In this document: in pieces, positions 62,404 to 64,000 of the stretch
Layout of the letters: every line of letters begins with the position of its first letter
Position numbering within the stretch: the first letter of the stretch is position 1
From: an uncultured Desulfatitalea sp.
Lineage (GTDB): Bacteria; Desulfobacterota; Desulfobacteria; Desulfobacterales; Desulfosarcinaceae
Length of the DNA: 64,000 nucleotides
Direction: 5' to 3'
Assembly (NCBI GenBank): GCA_963668675.2
Contig: CAXXMB010000002.1
Location: forward strand, 2,464,001 to 2,528,000
The notes under the pieces: generated by a model
Database searches by the model: none
Told to the model about the DNA's origin: nothing
The model's input: only the letters and a program-made list of their open reading frames with translations
Made by a program: the position numbers and the translations under genes

Positions 62404-63957
62404 ATGGGTAGTGTGGAAGAAAAGCTGAAGGAGCTCAAAGCACGCGAAGCCAAAACCCTTGAGATGGGTGGTGCCAAGTTGGTTGCCAAACATAAGGAGA
62501 AAGGCAAACTGACCGCACGGGAGCGCCTCGAGCATCTGTTCGACCAAGGGACCTTCCGGGAGATCGACATGTTCGTCAAGCATCGCTGCGTCAATTTCAA
62601 TATGCAGTCGGTGGATATCCCCTCGGATGGCGTCGTTACCGGCCACGGTATGGTCGACGGCCGGCCGGTGTTCGCTTTTGCCCAGGATTTTACCGCCCGG
62701 GCCGGCAGCCTGGGCGAAATGCACGCCAACAAGATCTGCAAGGTGATGGACCTGGCCATAAAGGCCGGTGTCCCTTTCGTCGGGTTGAACGATTCGGGCG
62801 GCGCGCGCATTCAGGAGGGCGTCGACGCCCTATGCGGTTACGGCAATATCTTCTATCGTAATTCGCTGGCTTCGGGGGTCATCCCGCAGATTTCGGCCAT
62901 CATGGGGCCCACCGCAGGTGGTGCTGTCTACTCTCCGGCAATGACCGATTTTGTCTTCATGGTCAAGAACTCCAGCTACATGTTCATCACCGGCCCCGAA
63001 GTGATCAAGGCGGTTACCGGAGAAGAGATCACTTTCGAAGATCTCGGCGGCGCAATGGCCCACAATGAGCGCAGCGGCGTGGCCCAATTCGCCTGCGACA
63101 GCGACGCCGACACCCTGGATGAGATCAAGCGGCTGCTCTCCTATCTGCCGGCCAACAACATGGAGGATCCGCCCCGTATCGACACCGGCGATGATCCCCA
63201 ACGCACCGATCCGGCCCTGGACACCATCATTCCCGATAGTCCCAACGCCGGTTACGACATGAAAGCGGTGATTCAATCCATCGTGGACAATGGTGAGATA
63301 CTGGAACCGCATGCCTATTTTGCCAAAAACATCGTCGTCTGCCTGGCCCGGCTGAACGGCCGCACCATCGGCATCATCGCCAACCAGCCCAACAACATGG
63401 CCGGCTGCCTGGATATCGATGCATCGGACAAAGCCACCCGCTTTATCCGCTTCTGCGACGCTTTCAACATTCCCCTGCTGACCATCGCCGATGTGCCCGG
63501 CTACCTGCCCGGCAGCCAGCAGGAGTGGGGCGGCATCATTCGCCACGGCGCCAAACTGCTGTGGTGTTACAGCGAAGCGACGGTGCCCAAGCTGCTGCTC
63601 ATTACGCGCAAAGATTACGGCGGCGCTTACATTGCCATGTCCTCCAGACACCTGGGTGCCGACATGGCCTTCGCCTGGCCCTCGGCGGAGATCGCGGTGA
63701 TGGGGGCCGAAGGGGCCTCGAACATTATCCATCGCAAGGCCATCAAGGAGGCCGACGATCCCCAGGCCAAGCGCAAGGAGAAGATTGCAGAGTACCAGGA
63801 TCTCTTCTCCAATCCTTACAGTGCCGCCAGTCGCGGATATATCGATGCCGTGATCCAGCCCAGCGAAACCCGCTCCCGGCTGATCGACGCATTGGAGATC
63901 ATGTGCACCAAGCGTGAATTAAGGCCACCGAAGAAGCACGGCAATATTCCGATGTAA
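62404..63957 (+). CDS. pccB: Acyl-CoA carboxylase/decarboxylase carboxyltransferase subunit (propionyl-CoA carboxylase beta-like)
   Basis: GKLTARER, NDSGGARIQEG, AGGAVYSPA, GIIRHGAKLL, KKHGNIP. Confidence 0.92.
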   Translation: MGSVEEKLKELKAREAKTLEMGGAKLVAKHKEKGKLTARERLEHLFDQGTFREIDMFVKHRCVNFNMQSVDIPSDGVVTGHGMVDGRPVFAFAQDFTARAGSLGEMHANKICKVMDLAIKAGVPFVGLNDSGGARIQEGVDALCGYGNIFYRNSLASGVIPQISAIMGPTAGGAVYSPAMTDFVFMVKNSSYMFITGPEVIKAVTGEEITFEDLGGAMAHNERSGVAQFACDSDADTLDEIKRLLSYLPANNMEDPPRIDTGDDPQRTDPALDTIIPDSPNAGYDMKAVIQSIVDNGEILEPHAYFAKNIVVCLARLNGRTIGIIANQPNNMAGCLDIDASDKATRFIRFCDAFNIPLLTIADVPGYLPGSQQEWGGIIRHGAKLLWCYSEATVPKLLLITRKDYGGAYIAMSSRHLGADMAFAWPSAEIAVMGAEGASNIIHRKAIKEADDPQAKRKEKIAEYQDLFSNPYSAASRGYIDAVIQPSETRSRLIDALEIMCTKRELRPPKKHGNIPM

Positions 63958-63973
63958 GTTTAATAGATCGTGT

Positions 63974-63998
63974 GCAGGGGCTGGGTTTATCCCCGCCC
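63974..63998 (+). repeat. REP-like palindrome
   Basis: GCAG-GGGCTGGGTTTATCCCCGCCC, similar to the GTAG REP at 29383. Confidence 0.5.
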
Positions 63999-64000
63999 GG

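Overview
Chromosomal window from a GC-rich anaerobic bacterium. Gene content and protein style suggest Desulfobacterota/Desulfobacterales (inference). 0.5-8 kb: a six-gene Hyf-like membrane complex whose large subunit lacks the Ni-binding cysteines (Ehr-type). 8-11 kb: a tandem gamma-carbonic-anhydrase-like protein, a CBS protein and two tRNA-Ser. 11.8-29.2 kb: a hydrogenase island with a Tat-exported periplasmic [NiFe]-hydrogenase, two maturation-protease paralogs (one apparently catalytically dead), hypC, an MMPL/RND transporter fused to a histidine kinase, a cytoplasmic group-2-type (HupUV/HoxBC-like) hydrogenase, a triple-PAS kinase with a Cys-rich N-terminus, a stand-alone receiver and hypFDE. 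hypA/hypB were not seen. 29-57 kb: mostly housekeeping (apbE, etfBA, rimO, polyprenyl synthase, pgsA-like, tRNA-Val, argS, SPOR protein, gatCA, mutL, porin, gatB, MNT-HEPN pair, queA, tgt, NifU-C, aminotransferase). 57.7-64 kb: methylmalonyl-CoA pathway genes (mce, TetR, mutase, meaB, carboxyltransferase). The intergenic DNA is rich in structure: (i) three ~180-bp hairpin elements with a near-invariant core and covarying stems; (ii) a four-helix-bundle gene bracketed by inverted 8-mer arrays plus a conserved core, with orphan half-sites after other stop codons; (iii) an inverted pair of 9-mer arrays after mutL; (iv) REP doublets nested in MITE-like shells. All calls come from reading motifs by eye; no database searches were run.
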